Origin: an uncultured Chloroflexia bacterium
Lineage (GTDB): Bacteria; Chloroflexota; Limnocylindria; QHBO01
DNA length: 64,000 bases
Assembly: GCA_963807915.1 (NCBI GenBank)
Contig: CAWEDO010000002.1
Location: 297,502 to 361,501, forward strand
Reading direction: 5' to 3'
How positions within the stretch are numbered: position 1 is the first letter of the stretch; each line of letters begins with the position of its first letter. A model generated the notes under the pieces. It was not told where the DNA came from and did not search any database. It was given only the letters and a program-made list of their open reading frames with translations. The position numbers and the translations under genes are program-made. This document shows positions 48,688 to 58,383 of the stretch, piece after piece.

Positions 48688-49664
48688 GCAGGATCGGCTC
48701 GTGGCTGATCCTCTCGTTCAGGCTCCACCGCTGGGAAGTCCTCGCCTCGGCTGCCGGGGTGGCAATCTTGTCCGCTGCCATGCTCTGGTTCGCCTGGCAG
48801 CTGCTGACGCTCGCGGCGACCAATCCCGGCTGCGTGGACCCCACGACGTACGCGCCCGGCTGCACGCAGCTCGGGCAACGCTTCTACGAGCTGAGCAGCA
48901 AGGCTCTGTGGCTCTCCTATCTCAGCTGGCTGGCTCCGTTCGCCATGGGGCTGGTCCTAGGGGTCCCGCTGGTGTCGCGCGAGATCGAGCACCGCACTGC
49001 AGGCCTGGCCTGGACGATGAGCCGATCGCGGACCCGGTGGCTGGCCGGCCGCATTGCGTTCCTGGTCCTCGTCATGGTTGTGCTCCTGATTGTCGTGGCG
49101 CTGGTCGGCGAGGCGCTGGCCTCCGCGACGATGCCCGCCCAGCACCTGGACCGTGACTTCGAGTGGTACGGGCGGCGCGGAGCGGTGGTCGTGGTGCGCG
49201 GGATCGCGTCGCTGGGCATCGGCGTCCTCGTCGGGGCATGGCTCGGCAGGGTCCTGCCGGCCCTGCTGGTGGCGGTCTTCGCATCGGTCCTGATCTTCAG
49301 CGCCATCAGCCTGGGCATGGACCGATGGATGGAGGGTGATGCCGTCCTCCAGAAGTTCGACGCGGATCGAGCCGGGGGGCGCCAGCTCGGCGAGCGGATC
49401 CTGCTGCCGAGTGGCGAGCTGGTCGACTACGGGGAGCTCCAGCGCCGCGGTCTGGCGTACGAGGCGATCGTGGACGACCTGCTCTACGCCAAGCCAGAGG
49501 ATATCGGCCACCCGGAGAAGGTCATCGGCTACGACCGGTACCTCGTGGTGCCAGGGTCGCGCTATCCGCAGATCGTGCTGCGCGAGTCGGCCGTGCTGGG
49601 TGGCACCGCCGCGCTGATCGCCCTCGCCACCGTCCTCCTCGTCGCTCGCCGGAGGCCAGGATGA
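48684..49664 (+). CDS. ABC-2 type transporter permease (6 TM)
   Basis: ATGA overlap with the ATPase. Paralogous to the next gene. Confidence 0.65.
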   Translation: MSRIGSWLILSFRLHRWEVLASAAGVAILSAAMLWFAWQLLTLAATNPGCVDPTTYAPGCTQLGQRFYELSSKALWLSYLSWLAPFAMGLVLGVPLVSREIEHRTAGLAWTMSRSRTRWLAGRIAFLVLVMVVLLIVVALVGEALASATMPAQHLDRDFEWYGRRGAVVVVRGIASLGIGVLVGAWLGRVLPALLVAVFASVLIFSAISLGMDRWMEGDAVLQKFDADRAGGRQLGERILLPSGELVDYGELQRRGLAYEAIVDDLLYAKPEDIGHPEKVIGYDRYLVVPGSRYPQIVLRESAVLGGTAALIALATVLLVARRRPG

Positions 49665-50617
49665 GTTTCCGCGCCTGGCGGCTGGCGTTCAAGATGCAGC
49701 GCCTCGAGCTGTTGATCTTCGTCGCGGCAGCAGTACTGATCACGGTCGTCTCGTTGCTGATCGCTCGCGGAGCGAGCGAGGCGCGTGCGTCCTTCGATGC
49801 CTGCTTCCAGGCGGCCGGCACGGACGCTGGTTGCGCCACCTCCCCCAGCCTGAATGACTTCTCGATGTGGGGCGGCTTCGCCCGGATCAGCGCGTTCCTC
49901 GCTCCGTTCGCGCTCGGCCTGTTCCTGGGGGTCCCGGTGGTCGCACGCGAAATCGAGGGGCGCACGGCGGGGATCGCCTGGACGCTGAGCCGCTCCCGCA
50001 CGCGATGGCTAGTTCAGCGCGTCCTGCCGCTGGGGGGCGCAGTAATCGTCCTGGCCGCGGCGGTTGGCATCGGCAGCGAGTTCGTGACACGGACGAACCC
50101 GTACGCGGATTTCGCGGCGAACCCTGGCTTCGCGGACTACACCGCCAGGGGCTGGATCCTGCCGGTGCGCGCGATTGCCGTGCTGCTGTTGGCGATCGCG
50201 GTCGGCGCGATAGTGCCACGGCAGCTGGCGGCGCTCCTGCTGGCCGGCGCATGCACGCTGGCGCTGTTCGTGGGGTTGTCGATTGGCATGGACACCTGGA
50301 TGAGGGCCGAGGCCAGGCCGATCCCCTTCGAGGAAAGTCGATTTGGGCCCTTCAGTGGCGGACCGCAGATCTTCGACGTTGCCTACCAGGAGGATGCCAC
50401 CGGCAAGGTCATCAGCATGAACGACTTCTACAACCAGTACGGCGACGTGGCCCTGCCGGACGGTGAGTCGGATCCGCCGGGGTTCACGCAGGTCGCCATC
50501 GGCATTCCGGGCAGCCAGTACGCAACCTGGGTCCTCCGCGAGTCGGCCATTCTCGGTGGGCTGGCGGTGGTCGCTGGTGGGCTGGCGACGCTCGTGGTGG
50601 CGCGGAGGCGGCCTTAG
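49661..50617 (+). CDS. ABC-2 type transporter permease (6 TM), paralogue
   Basis: Architecture similar to 48684-49664 (REIEHRTAGLAWTMSRSRTRWL vs REIEGRTAGIAWTLSRSRTRWL). Confidence 0.65.
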   Translation: MSFRAWRLAFKMQRLELLIFVAAAVLITVVSLLIARGASEARASFDACFQAAGTDAGCATSPSLNDFSMWGGFARISAFLAPFALGLFLGVPVVAREIEGRTAGIAWTLSRSRTRWLVQRVLPLGGAVIVLAAAVGIGSEFVTRTNPYADFAANPGFADYTARGWILPVRAIAVLLLAIAVGAIVPRQLAALLLAGACTLALFVGLSIGMDTWMRAEARPIPFEESRFGPFSGGPQIFDVAYQEDATGKVISMNDFYNQYGDVALPDGESDPPGFTQVAIGIPGSQYATWVLRESAILGGLAVVAGGLATLVVARRRP

Positions 50618-50641
50618 CACCCAAGCGGGTAGAGTCCCCGC

Positions 50642-51931
50642 ATGACGCCGGCGCCTGAACGCAACCACCCGGCGCGAGCGGTCGAGCGGACCTACCTGAC
50701 CCTCACCCTGCTGACCACCCTCGCGTCGTCGTTCATCTGGGGGATCAACACGATCTTCCTGCTCGACGCCGGGCTGAGCAACGTCGAGGCCTTCGCGGCC
50801 AACGCCTTCTTCACGGTCGGGATGGTCATCTTCGAGATCCCCACCGGAGTGATCGCCGATACGCGCGGACGGCAGCTCTCCTACGTGCTGGGTGCCGGCA
50901 CTCTGCTCTTCTCCACGCTCCTCTACTTCGTGATGTGGCAGGTCCACGCGCCGCTGTGGGGCTGGGCGATCGCCTCGATCCTGCTGGGCCTGGGCTTCAC
51001 CTTCTTCTCCGGCGCCACCGAAGCCTGGCTGGTCGACGCGCTGACCGCGACCGGCTTCCAGGGCCACCTCGACCACGTCTTCGGGCGAGCGCAGACGGTC
51101 GGCGGCATCGCCATGCTGGGCGGCACGGTCGCCGGCGGCTTCATCGCCCAGGCCACGAACCTCGGCGTCCCATACCTCATCCGCGCGGCGATGCTGGGCG
51201 TGACGCTCCTCGTGGCGCTGCGCTTCATGCGCGACATCGGCTTCTCGCCCGACCGCGATGCGAGTCCGGTGAAGGCGGTGCGGAACGTCCTCAAGGGCTC
51301 GATCGACGGCGGGCTGCGCAACCCACCGGTCCGATGGCTGATGCTCGCCGCTCCGTTCACGGCCGGCACCGGGATCTACATCTTCTACGCCGCCCAGCCG
51401 TACCTGCTCGAGCTGTTCGGTGACCCGAACGCGTACAGCATCGCCGGCCTGGCGGCCGCGATCTTCGCCGGGGTGCAGATCGGCGGTGGCCTGGTGGTGC
51501 CATACGTGCGGCGCCTCTTCGGGCGTCGGACCGACGCGCTGCTCATCGGCGGCGTGCTCGGCGTCGCCATCCTCGCGATCCTGGGACTCAAGCCGGGCTT
51601 CGTGGTGGCCCTCACGCTGCTGGCGGTCTGGGCCGCGATTGGTGCCGTGACGAGGCCATTGCGCCAGACGTTCCTGAACGGCGTGATCCCGTCAGAGCAA
51701 CGAGCCACCGTGCTCTCGTTCGACTCGCTGATGGGATCCGCCGGTGGCGTCTTCGCGCAGCCGGTCCTCGGCCGGGTGGCGGACGTCAGTGGTTATGCGG
51801 CGTCATACCTCGTCTCGGCCGCGATCCAGGTCGTGGCCGTGCCGCTCGTGTTCCTCGCGCGCCGCGAGCACTCCCCTTCGGACCCGATCACCGACGAGGC
51901 AGACGGGGCCGAGCCGGCCCCCGACGCCTAG
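50642..51931 (+). CDS. MFS transporter
   Basis: 12 TM helices, with a D-R/K-x-G-R motif between TM2-3 (ADTRGRQ) and between TM8-9. Confidence 0.8.
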   Translation: MTPAPERNHPARAVERTYLTLTLLTTLASSFIWGINTIFLLDAGLSNVEAFAANAFFTVGMVIFEIPTGVIADTRGRQLSYVLGAGTLLFSTLLYFVMWQVHAPLWGWAIASILLGLGFTFFSGATEAWLVDALTATGFQGHLDHVFGRAQTVGGIAMLGGTVAGGFIAQATNLGVPYLIRAAMLGVTLLVALRFMRDIGFSPDRDASPVKAVRNVLKGSIDGGLRNPPVRWLMLAAPFTAGTGIYIFYAAQPYLLELFGDPNAYSIAGLAAAIFAGVQIGGGLVVPYVRRLFGRRTDALLIGGVLGVAILAILGLKPGFVVALTLLAVWAAIGAVTRPLRQTFLNGVIPSEQRATVLSFDSLMGSAGGVFAQPVLGRVADVSGYAASYLVSAAIQVVAVPLVFLARREHSPSDPITDEADGAEPAPDA

Positions 51932-52497
51932 GAGAGCGGGATCTCGTAGGTCGTGGTCAGGAAGCTTGGCGCGTAGACCAGGGTGAGATCGGTGTCCATG
52001 TCCGCGGGGACCTCGAACGTGACAAACCCGGCGTAGTAGGTGTTGGGGGTCAAGCCGTTCTGGAACGACAGGCGCGGCGACCGTCCAAGGATCTCGGAGT
52101 AGACGGTGCCGTCTGCGTCCTTCAGCGTGAAATCGGCGGAGGTGAAGTCCGTGGTCGTGATGGCGTCGATCCGGATGTTGACGGTGACGAAGACATTCCC
52201 CGTCGCCGGCTTCAGGCTGTCGGTGCCTGCCCACTGCTCGGCGAGCGTGACGGTCACGTACTGCTGGTCGCCCACAAGCACCTGCACGCCAACTCCAGGC
52301 GTCGGCTCGGGAGTATTGGTCGGCTCGGGGGTGGCGGTTGGCGCGGAGCTGGCCGCGACGGACGCTGGGACGCTGGCGGCCTCGGTCGGGGTGGGTGACG
52401 AGCTCCCGCCGGAGCTGCACGCTGCGAGGACGGTGAGGATGGCGACGAGGGTCGCGGCAGGCGCAATAGATCGGCCTGCGAGGGGGAATCGGTTCAT
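51928..52497 (-). CDS. DUF4352-type secreted lipoprotein with Pro/Thr-rich linker
   Basis: Lipobox LTVLAACSS, a PT-rich spacer, then a beta-sandwich-like domain (YVTVTLAEQW..GNVFVTVNIRIDA). ATG verified at 52495-52497, and the upstream ORF portion is shadow. Confidence 0.6.
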   Translation of the reverse strand: MNRFPLAGRSIAPAATLVAILTVLAACSSGGSSSPTPTEAASVPASVAASSAPTATPEPTNTPEPTPGVGVQVLVGDQQYVTVTLAEQWAGTDSLKPATGNVFVTVNIRIDAITTTDFTSADFTLKDADGTVYSEILGRSPRLSFQNGLTPNTYYAGFVTFEVPADMDTDLTLVYAPSFLTTTYEIPLS

Positions 52498-52792
52498 AAC
52501 GAGCCTCTGAAAGGGGCTCCACGGTAACAGGTCGGAGCGGCGAACCGTACCGCCGCGCCAGCCGCGGGGGTATGGAAAGGCCTTGCGGCGGGAAGCCACG
52601 AAAGCGCATAGTTCCGGCAGCAGCTCGCGTCCGCGAGCGCCACACGAGAGGAGGAACGAGTAGTGCAGATCGGCATTGCTGTCCCTCCCGGCCGCTCGGA
52701 GTAGACGCCGGCCACTTCTGAACGAAGCCTGCCAGCGCTCCTGACCCGGCCGGGACCACCCATTCCCGACCCTGTTCTCAGGAGCGCTGTTC

Positions 52793-53557
52793 GTGCAACC
52801 CACGACCTTGGCGACGCGGGCGTCCCCCGCCTGGCCTCACGACGAGTCATACGAGGACGTCCCCCGCGGGACCCTCAAGTCCGGCAAGGAGGCCGAGATC
52901 TTCCTGGTGGAGCGTCGCTGCGCCAGCGGCACGCGGCTGCTCGCCCACAAGCGTTACCGCCCGCGCTACCCGCGCAAGGGCCAGCTGCGCGCCGAGGGCT
53001 TCTCCAACTCCACGGCGTACCGCGGCGACTCCATCTACAAGGCGGGCTGGTTCCTCCCGACCCGCGACAAGAAGGCGTTGATGGGCGGCAGCCGGTTCGG
53101 ACATGAGCTCGCCGGTCGCCTCTGGCCGATGCAGGAGTGGGCGATGCTGTCTCGCGCCTGGGAGGCCGGTGCGGCGGTTCCCTACCCGGTCGAGCAGACC
53201 GACCACGGGCTGATGATGGAGTTCATCGGCGATGACGCACAGGCGGCACCCAAGCTGGGCCAGGCCCGGCTGTCGCCGTCCGAGCTGTCATCTGCCTGGG
53301 ATCAGCTGCTGGCAAGCCTGCGTGCCTTGACGGAGGCGGGGCTGGTGCACGCCGATCTATCGGCCTACAACTTGCTCTGGTGGGAGGGGCGGCTGGTCCT
53401 CATCGACCTGCCGCAGGCCGTCGAGTTCACCACCAACACCGATGCGTACGACCTGCTGCATCGGGACCTTGCCAACGTCGGGGAGTGGTTCAACCGGCAC
53501 GGCGCCGCCGTGGACATCGAGGCGGTCTACGCCGAACTGCTCGCGCTGGCCTGGTGA
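52793..53557 (+). CDS. RIO1-family atypical serine protein kinase
   Basis: LKSGKEAEIFLVER (STGKEA-like ATP loop), catalytic LVHADLSAYNLLW and metal-binding IDLPQAVE. Confidence 0.7.
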   Translation: MQPTTLATRASPAWPHDESYEDVPRGTLKSGKEAEIFLVERRCASGTRLLAHKRYRPRYPRKGQLRAEGFSNSTAYRGDSIYKAGWFLPTRDKKALMGGSRFGHELAGRLWPMQEWAMLSRAWEAGAAVPYPVEQTDHGLMMEFIGDDAQAAPKLGQARLSPSELSSAWDQLLASLRALTEAGLVHADLSAYNLLWWEGRLVLIDLPQAVEFTTNTDAYDLLHRDLANVGEWFNRHGAAVDIEAVYAELLALAW

Positions 53558-53998
53558 GGCCACAGCACGGTCGCAGCGGCGGCCAGCAGGAGGGTGGCCA
53601 AGCCGGAGGCCGCGAGCGTCCACGAGGCGCCCAGGCCGCCGACAAGCGGACCACCGAATCGCCGTCCCAGGAGCGTTGAGACCATCACCGATGGCACTCC
53701 GCGCCGCGAGCACGAAGGGCAGGTTCGCAGACGTCGTGGAGGACTGGAAGAGTGTCCTCGCCCTCCAGGACCAAGCTGAAGGTCGTTTCAAACGCGCAAG
53801 GGACGGATAGGCGCTGCTGGGCCCTGGAGGGGCCCGGCGCCGAACGGAATCGCTGTTGCGCGCAGGGCGAGGTTGGTGCCGGGGGCACGGACCTGTATGT
53901 CGTACGGGTTGGCGCCATCGCTCGGGAGAGCCATCTCTACGTACGCAGCGCCGCCCATCCAAACAGGGACGTGGATCCCGTTCGGCCCGCGCACCCTC

Positions 53999-56782
53999 TC
54001 AGCTGGACTTGCGCGCCATTGCCGCCATGGTCGCGCCCAGTTCTGCGCGCGAGGTGATCCCGAGCTTGCGATAGACCCGACCCAGCACGTTGTCGACCGT
54101 CTTTGGCGAAAGGAAGGCCAGCTCCGCCACCTGGCGTGTGGTGCGGCCCTCAGCCACCAGCTGTGCGACGCGCAGTTCCGCCTCTGTCAGCCCCCCCGAT
54201 GCCCGAGGACGCAGCCCCACCCGCGCCAGCTCATGGCGGGCCCGTGCCACCCAGGCACGAGCGCCCGTCCCCTCGAAGAGGGCGACCGCCTGGGCAAGCG
54301 CCTGCTGCGCCAGCCGCTTCTCCCTGCGTCGCCGATGGACCTGCCCCTTGGCAAGCAGCGTCCGCGCCAACTCGAACGGCATGTCCAGCCTCGCGTGGTG
54401 CTCGATGGCAGCGTCGAGCTCGCGCAGGGCGAGGTCCGGGTCGGTGGCCGCGGCGAGCAGGCCGCGACCGCGGGCGGCAACGGCCATGGCCCAGGGACGG
54501 TCGAGGGGCCGGCCTCGCGCATCGAGCCACGCGAGATAGCGCTCCGCGCGCGACCGCTCGCCCAATGCCACGAGCGCCTCGATCTCCTCGGGGAGGACAA
54601 TTCCCAGCACGGGATCGGCGGCGGGCAAGCTGGCGATTCCGTCCGCCAGCGGGGTCAGCACGGCGTCCACCTGCGCAGGCCGGTTGAGGGACAGCTCCAC
54701 GAGCCCCATGGCCCACAGGGGCCAGGTGGCGTAGATCGCCCACTGGCTCTCCTGGAACGTGGCTGCGGCCTCGCCGGCAGCCTCGCGAGCCGACGCCACG
54801 TTGCCGGCACGGGCCTCGACCAGCGCCTGCGCAGCTCGAGCCAGCGCCAGCGGTACCGGCTCTCCATTGAGTGCCGCGGTGGCGTGTGCCTCCGTGGCGA
54901 CGTCCCCTGCGGATGCCAGGTCGCCGTGATACAGATGGCCGATCACGAGGAACAGCGACAGGAAGGGCAGGGCCGTCTCTTGCCCCCGATCGACGAGCTC
55001 GCGGCGAAGCGTCTCCAGCTCCGCAACCGCCTCGGCGCTGCAGCCGGTCCATAGGAGCAGGAGTGCGCCCACGAACCGGGGCTGCATCTCGAGAGGCCCG
55101 GTCCGATGAGGATCCTCGTCCCGGATCGCCTGGGCGATCGCTTCTTCGCGGTACCCGTTTCCCAGCCAGAACGAGGCCATCGTGACGCAGGCCAGCGCGT
55201 CGGCCCGCAGGCCCTTGAGGCCGGCTGCGGTGGCCTGCGCGAGTGCTGCGCGGGCGTGAGGCAGCGTGGAGGGCAGATCGCCAAGGCAGAAGGCATAGAA
55301 GGCGATATCGAGCTCGATTGCCGCCACCGCGCCAATGTCGCCCTCCGCCTCCCTGAGCGCCCGCTCGGCCAGGCCGAGCGCGTCCGCAATGCTCATCGAG
55401 CGAGCCCGGACCTGGCCTAGGAGCTGAAGCGCACGCGCGCGCCGGAGGCCGGCGGGAAGCTCATGGACGAGCTGCTCGAGCAGGACGCCCGCGCGCTGCG
55501 CCTCACCGCCGGCGAAGTACCACTCGGCAGCCTGATGCATGCGGTGCGCTGCGTCGGCCTCGCGCGTGGGCGGCGTGAGCGCAACCGCGGCCTCCAGGAG
55601 CTCTCCGCCCGCGATCGGCGCACCGCGCTCCCGGATCCGTGCTCCGGCCTGCGCCAGACCTGCGGCCACCCGCTCGTCCGGACCGCTCGCCGCCTGGGCA
55701 GCATGCCGAGCGCGCAGGTCCGCGGAGTCGGCGACGCGAGCCAGCGCGGCGTGAGCGCCCTGGATATCGGCGCGATCCACCCCGGCGAGGGCACCGGCGG
55801 CGAGCAGCGGATGCGCAAAACGAACCTCGCTGCCGGCGCTGACGATGCCGTCACGCACGGCCGGGCGCAGCGCCTTGTGAGGGTCATCGATGCCCGCCGC
55901 GGCGAGCGTGGCAAGCGAGGGAGGCTCCAGCGCAACGGCGGCCATGACCAACGCCCGCCGCGTTCGGGCGGGCAGTCGCGCAATACGGTCACTTGTCAGC
56001 GTGGCCAGGCTCTCAGGGACCGGGAGCGGTCGCCCGGGCGTCACGGATGCCTGTGTCCGGATGAGGTCGCGGGCAATCTCCAGCGCGTAGAACGGGTTGC
56101 CGGCGCACTCCGCGTGGATCCGGACCATGGCGAGACGCGAGAAGGAGGTTGCGAGGCGCGAGGACAGGATCTGGTGGAGGGCGGCAACGGACAACGAATG
56201 GAGCGTCAGGTCCTCGACACCACTCCGCTCGCTCCAGGCGTCGATGCCCAGCGGCGGTGAGCCACTGGAGCCGAGAATCGTGACCACCACACCCACCGGC
56301 CGGTCTGCGACGCGGCGCAGAGCGTATGCCAGCAGCCGTGCCGAGCTGTCATCGAACCACTGCGCGTCGTCGATTGCGACGAGGAGCGGTGCCGCGGCGC
56401 TGAGCGTGCGAAGCAGGCTCGTGGTGGCGACAGCCAGGGTTCGCTGGTCGGCCGGACGGTCCGCCGGCTCGGCGCGGAGCAGCGCGACATCGAGCGCGTG
56501 CTGCTGCGGAGGCGGCAGTCGAGCGGAGACATCATCTGGCAGCTGGAGGAACAGGTCCCCGAAACCGCTGAGGGGCAGCGGCGCCTCGCTCTGGATCGGA
56601 CGTGCGCTGAGGACCTGAACGGAGCGCCCGCGCGCCGCATCGATGGCGGCCTGCCAGATGGTGCTCTTGCCAATGCCGGGGCCGCCGCGGACGACGAGGG
56701 CGGCGCGCTGAGACTGCGCCAGGTCGAGCACGCGATCGACCGTGGCCAGCTCAGTGGCGCGCCCAATGAGGACTGGCAGCAT
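53999..56782 (-). CDS. large ATP-binding LuxR-family transcriptional regulator (AAA/STAND NTPase, TPR-like repeats and LuxR HTH; LAL/MalT-like)
   Basis: N-terminal Walker A GGPGIGKST, a long helical repeat region and a C-terminal LuxR HTH (LTEAELRVAQLVAEGRTTRQVAELAFLSPKTVDNVLGRVYRKLGI). Confidence 0.85.
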   Translation of the reverse strand: MLPVLIGRATELATVDRVLDLAQSQRAALVVRGGPGIGKSTIWQAAIDAARGRSVQVLSARPIQSEAPLPLSGFGDLFLQLPDDVSARLPPPQQHALDVALLRAEPADRPADQRTLAVATTSLLRTLSAAAPLLVAIDDAQWFDDSSARLLAYALRRVADRPVGVVVTILGSSGSPPLGIDAWSERSGVEDLTLHSLSVAALHQILSSRLATSFSRLAMVRIHAECAGNPFYALEIARDLIRTQASVTPGRPLPVPESLATLTSDRIARLPARTRRALVMAAVALEPPSLATLAAAGIDDPHKALRPAVRDGIVSAGSEVRFAHPLLAAGALAGVDRADIQGAHAALARVADSADLRARHAAQAASGPDERVAAGLAQAGARIRERGAPIAGGELLEAAVALTPPTREADAAHRMHQAAEWYFAGGEAQRAGVLLEQLVHELPAGLRRARALQLLGQVRARSMSIADALGLAERALREAEGDIGAVAAIELDIAFYAFCLGDLPSTLPHARAALAQATAAGLKGLRADALACVTMASFWLGNGYREEAIAQAIRDEDPHRTGPLEMQPRFVGALLLLWTGCSAEAVAELETLRRELVDRGQETALPFLSLFLVIGHLYHGDLASAGDVATEAHATAALNGEPVPLALARAAQALVEARAGNVASAREAAGEAAATFQESQWAIYATWPLWAMGLVELSLNRPAQVDAVLTPLADGIASLPAADPVLGIVLPEEIEALVALGERSRAERYLAWLDARGRPLDRPWAMAVAARGRGLLAAATDPDLALRELDAAIEHHARLDMPFELARTLLAKGQVHRRRREKRLAQQALAQAVALFEGTGARAWVARARHELARVGLRPRASGGLTEAELRVAQLVAEGRTTRQVAELAFLSPKTVDNVLGRVYRKLGITSRAELGATMAAMARKSS

Positions 56783-56967
56783 GGTGCCCCCGCAGCGAAT
56801 CCGACGCGGATGGCGGCGGTTGAGGGGCGCTCGTCCGCGACGAGCGCAGGATAGGCGATGTCACCCCATCGTGGAATGGCCGTCGCCCAGCATGCTCCGG
56901 AGCGCGGCCACAGATAGGGGGAAACTCCTCTTACGTCGCGCTGGCCGGCGCGCGCACCCTGCCGTCT

Positions 56968-57255
56968 GTGGAAACCATCCCGCGGTTCTCGGCCTTCGTG
57001 GCCGAGTGTTATTGGACCGGCGTCACCGATGCCGATGTCCGGCAGCTCGACGCGCGTGCGGATGCCGCGGCCGTCGCCGTCTCGCGCGAGGGCCAGCGGG
57101 TGACCTACCTGGGCTCGATCCTGATGCCCGCCGACGAGGTGGTCTTCTGCCTCTTCGAGGGGTCGGCGGACGCCGTCCGCCGTGCGGTCGTACGCGCCCA
57201 GATTCCCTCCGAGCGCCTGGCCGAGGGCATCCACTCCCGGATCCATCGGCCGTGA
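56968..57255 (+). CDS. DUF4242-family small protein
   Basis: 95 aa. The FVAECYWTGVTD..EVVFCLFEGSADAVRRAVVRAQIPSERL pattern matches DUF4242. Confidence 0.5.
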   Translation: METIPRFSAFVAECYWTGVTDADVRQLDARADAAAVAVSREGQRVTYLGSILMPADEVVFCLFEGSADAVRRAVVRAQIPSERLAEGIHSRIHRP

Positions 57256-57281
57256 ACCAAGCCGCGTCAAGGAGGAAGGCC

Positions 57282-57947
57282 ATGTGGCCCACGACAGCAA
57301 CATCCAGCATCCATCCCGGACGGCCGCTGCTGGCCCTCCTGATCCTCCCGTTACTCGCCGCCTGCAGCACCTCGGGGAGCGTTGGATCGGCGAGCCCCGG
57401 TTCAGCTGCCTCCGAGACGAGCGTGGCGACGGCAATCGAGACGACCGCCGCGAGCGAGGCCGCATCGGCATCCGAGACAGAACTGCCCACCGCGGTGCCC
57501 ACCGCGGTCGATCCGTGCGACCTGGTCACCAGCCAGGAGGCATCGCAGCTGGCCGGGACGACGTTCGGCGAGGGCACATCCCAGACGACCGCAACCAACG
57601 TGCGGCAGTGCATCTACGGCTCCCAGACCGCGGACGTCTTCTCCGTCAGCGAGGTGGAGGCACCCGATGACGCCACGCTCGAGGCCGCCAAGGCCCAGGT
57701 TCTCTCGGCGCTCCAAGCGGCCGCGAACGGCAGCGAGATCACTGTCCAGCCGGTGGTGCTCGGCGACGCCGCCGCGATCCTTTCGGGGAGCTACTCCGGA
57801 GCGGGGCACACGATCAGCATCAGCGGGATCTACGTGCTCAAGGGCCGCATCTTCTTCAGCTTCGCCAACGTCGCAGTGGACCACGCGGTTCCGACGGCGG
57901 ACCTGCTGAAGACGCAGGCACAGACGTCGCTCGACCGCCTGCCATGA
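57282..57947 (+). CDS. DUF3558-like secreted lipoprotein
   Basis: Lipobox LLAACST and a Ser/Ala/Thr-rich linker, with conserved DPCDLVTSQEASQLAG..RQCIY typical of actinobacterial DUF3558. Confidence 0.6.
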   Translation: MWPTTATSSIHPGRPLLALLILPLLAACSTSGSVGSASPGSAASETSVATAIETTAASEAASASETELPTAVPTAVDPCDLVTSQEASQLAGTTFGEGTSQTTATNVRQCIYGSQTADVFSVSEVEAPDDATLEAAKAQVLSALQAAANGSEITVQPVVLGDAAAILSGSYSGAGHTISISGIYVLKGRIFFSFANVAVDHAVPTADLLKTQAQTSLDRLP

Positions 57948-58107
57948 GCGACGGCGCACGGTAGCCGGGCTGTGGCGGCCGGCCGCGCCCGGCTGTCGCG
58001 AGCAGGGTAGCTAGGCCCGCGGCACCAGTTTCCGAACGACTTCAGCCCGCGGAGGTAGCCGGCCACCGAGATCGCGACCACAAGATGTGGTGTACCGGAA
58101 CCGGGTT

Positions 58108-58145
58108 TGGCTGGGGCGGAAGGATTCGAACCTTCGATCTCCTGA
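58108..58145 (-). other. tRNA 3'-half-like fragment (T-arm, acceptor 3' strand, CCA), no matching 5' half found
   Basis: Minus strand reads GAAGGTTCGAATCCTTCCGCCCCAGCCA, with a canonical T-stem/loop (GAAGG-TTCGAAT-CCTTC), 7-nt acceptor strand, discriminator G and CCA. The complementary 5' acceptor strand (TGGGGCG) is absent from the upstream 150 nt. Confidence 0.4.
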
Positions 58146-58246
58146 TCCAGAGTCAAGCGCCGCCCGGAGGCCGGCAGCGGCCGTCCTCAGCCAAGATTCG
58201 TGCTCAGACTCGGCCCACGCCTCGTCCTCGCGTGTTCGGTTTTCCG

Positions 58247-58324
58247 GGGAGTCAGGTACCCATCCCGGAAGGGAGTCAGGTGCCCACGCGCGAAACTAAA
58301 AGAATCAGGTGCCCACACGCGGGC
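58247..58324. repeat. three direct repeats of GAGTCAGGTGCCCAC(G/A)CGCG-like units (GGGGAGTCAGGTACCCA, GGGAGTCAGGTGCCCACGCGCG, GAATCAGGTGCCCACACGCGGG)
   Basis: Read directly from sequence. Spacing is about 24-32 bp, in a locally lower-GC stretch between the tRNA fragment and the frameshifted P-loop gene. Confidence 0.6.
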
Positions 58325-58383
58325 GGCTCCGTGGAAAGATTGTACCGGACGGGCGGTAAGGGGGCGCCCGACGGCTGTCCCTG

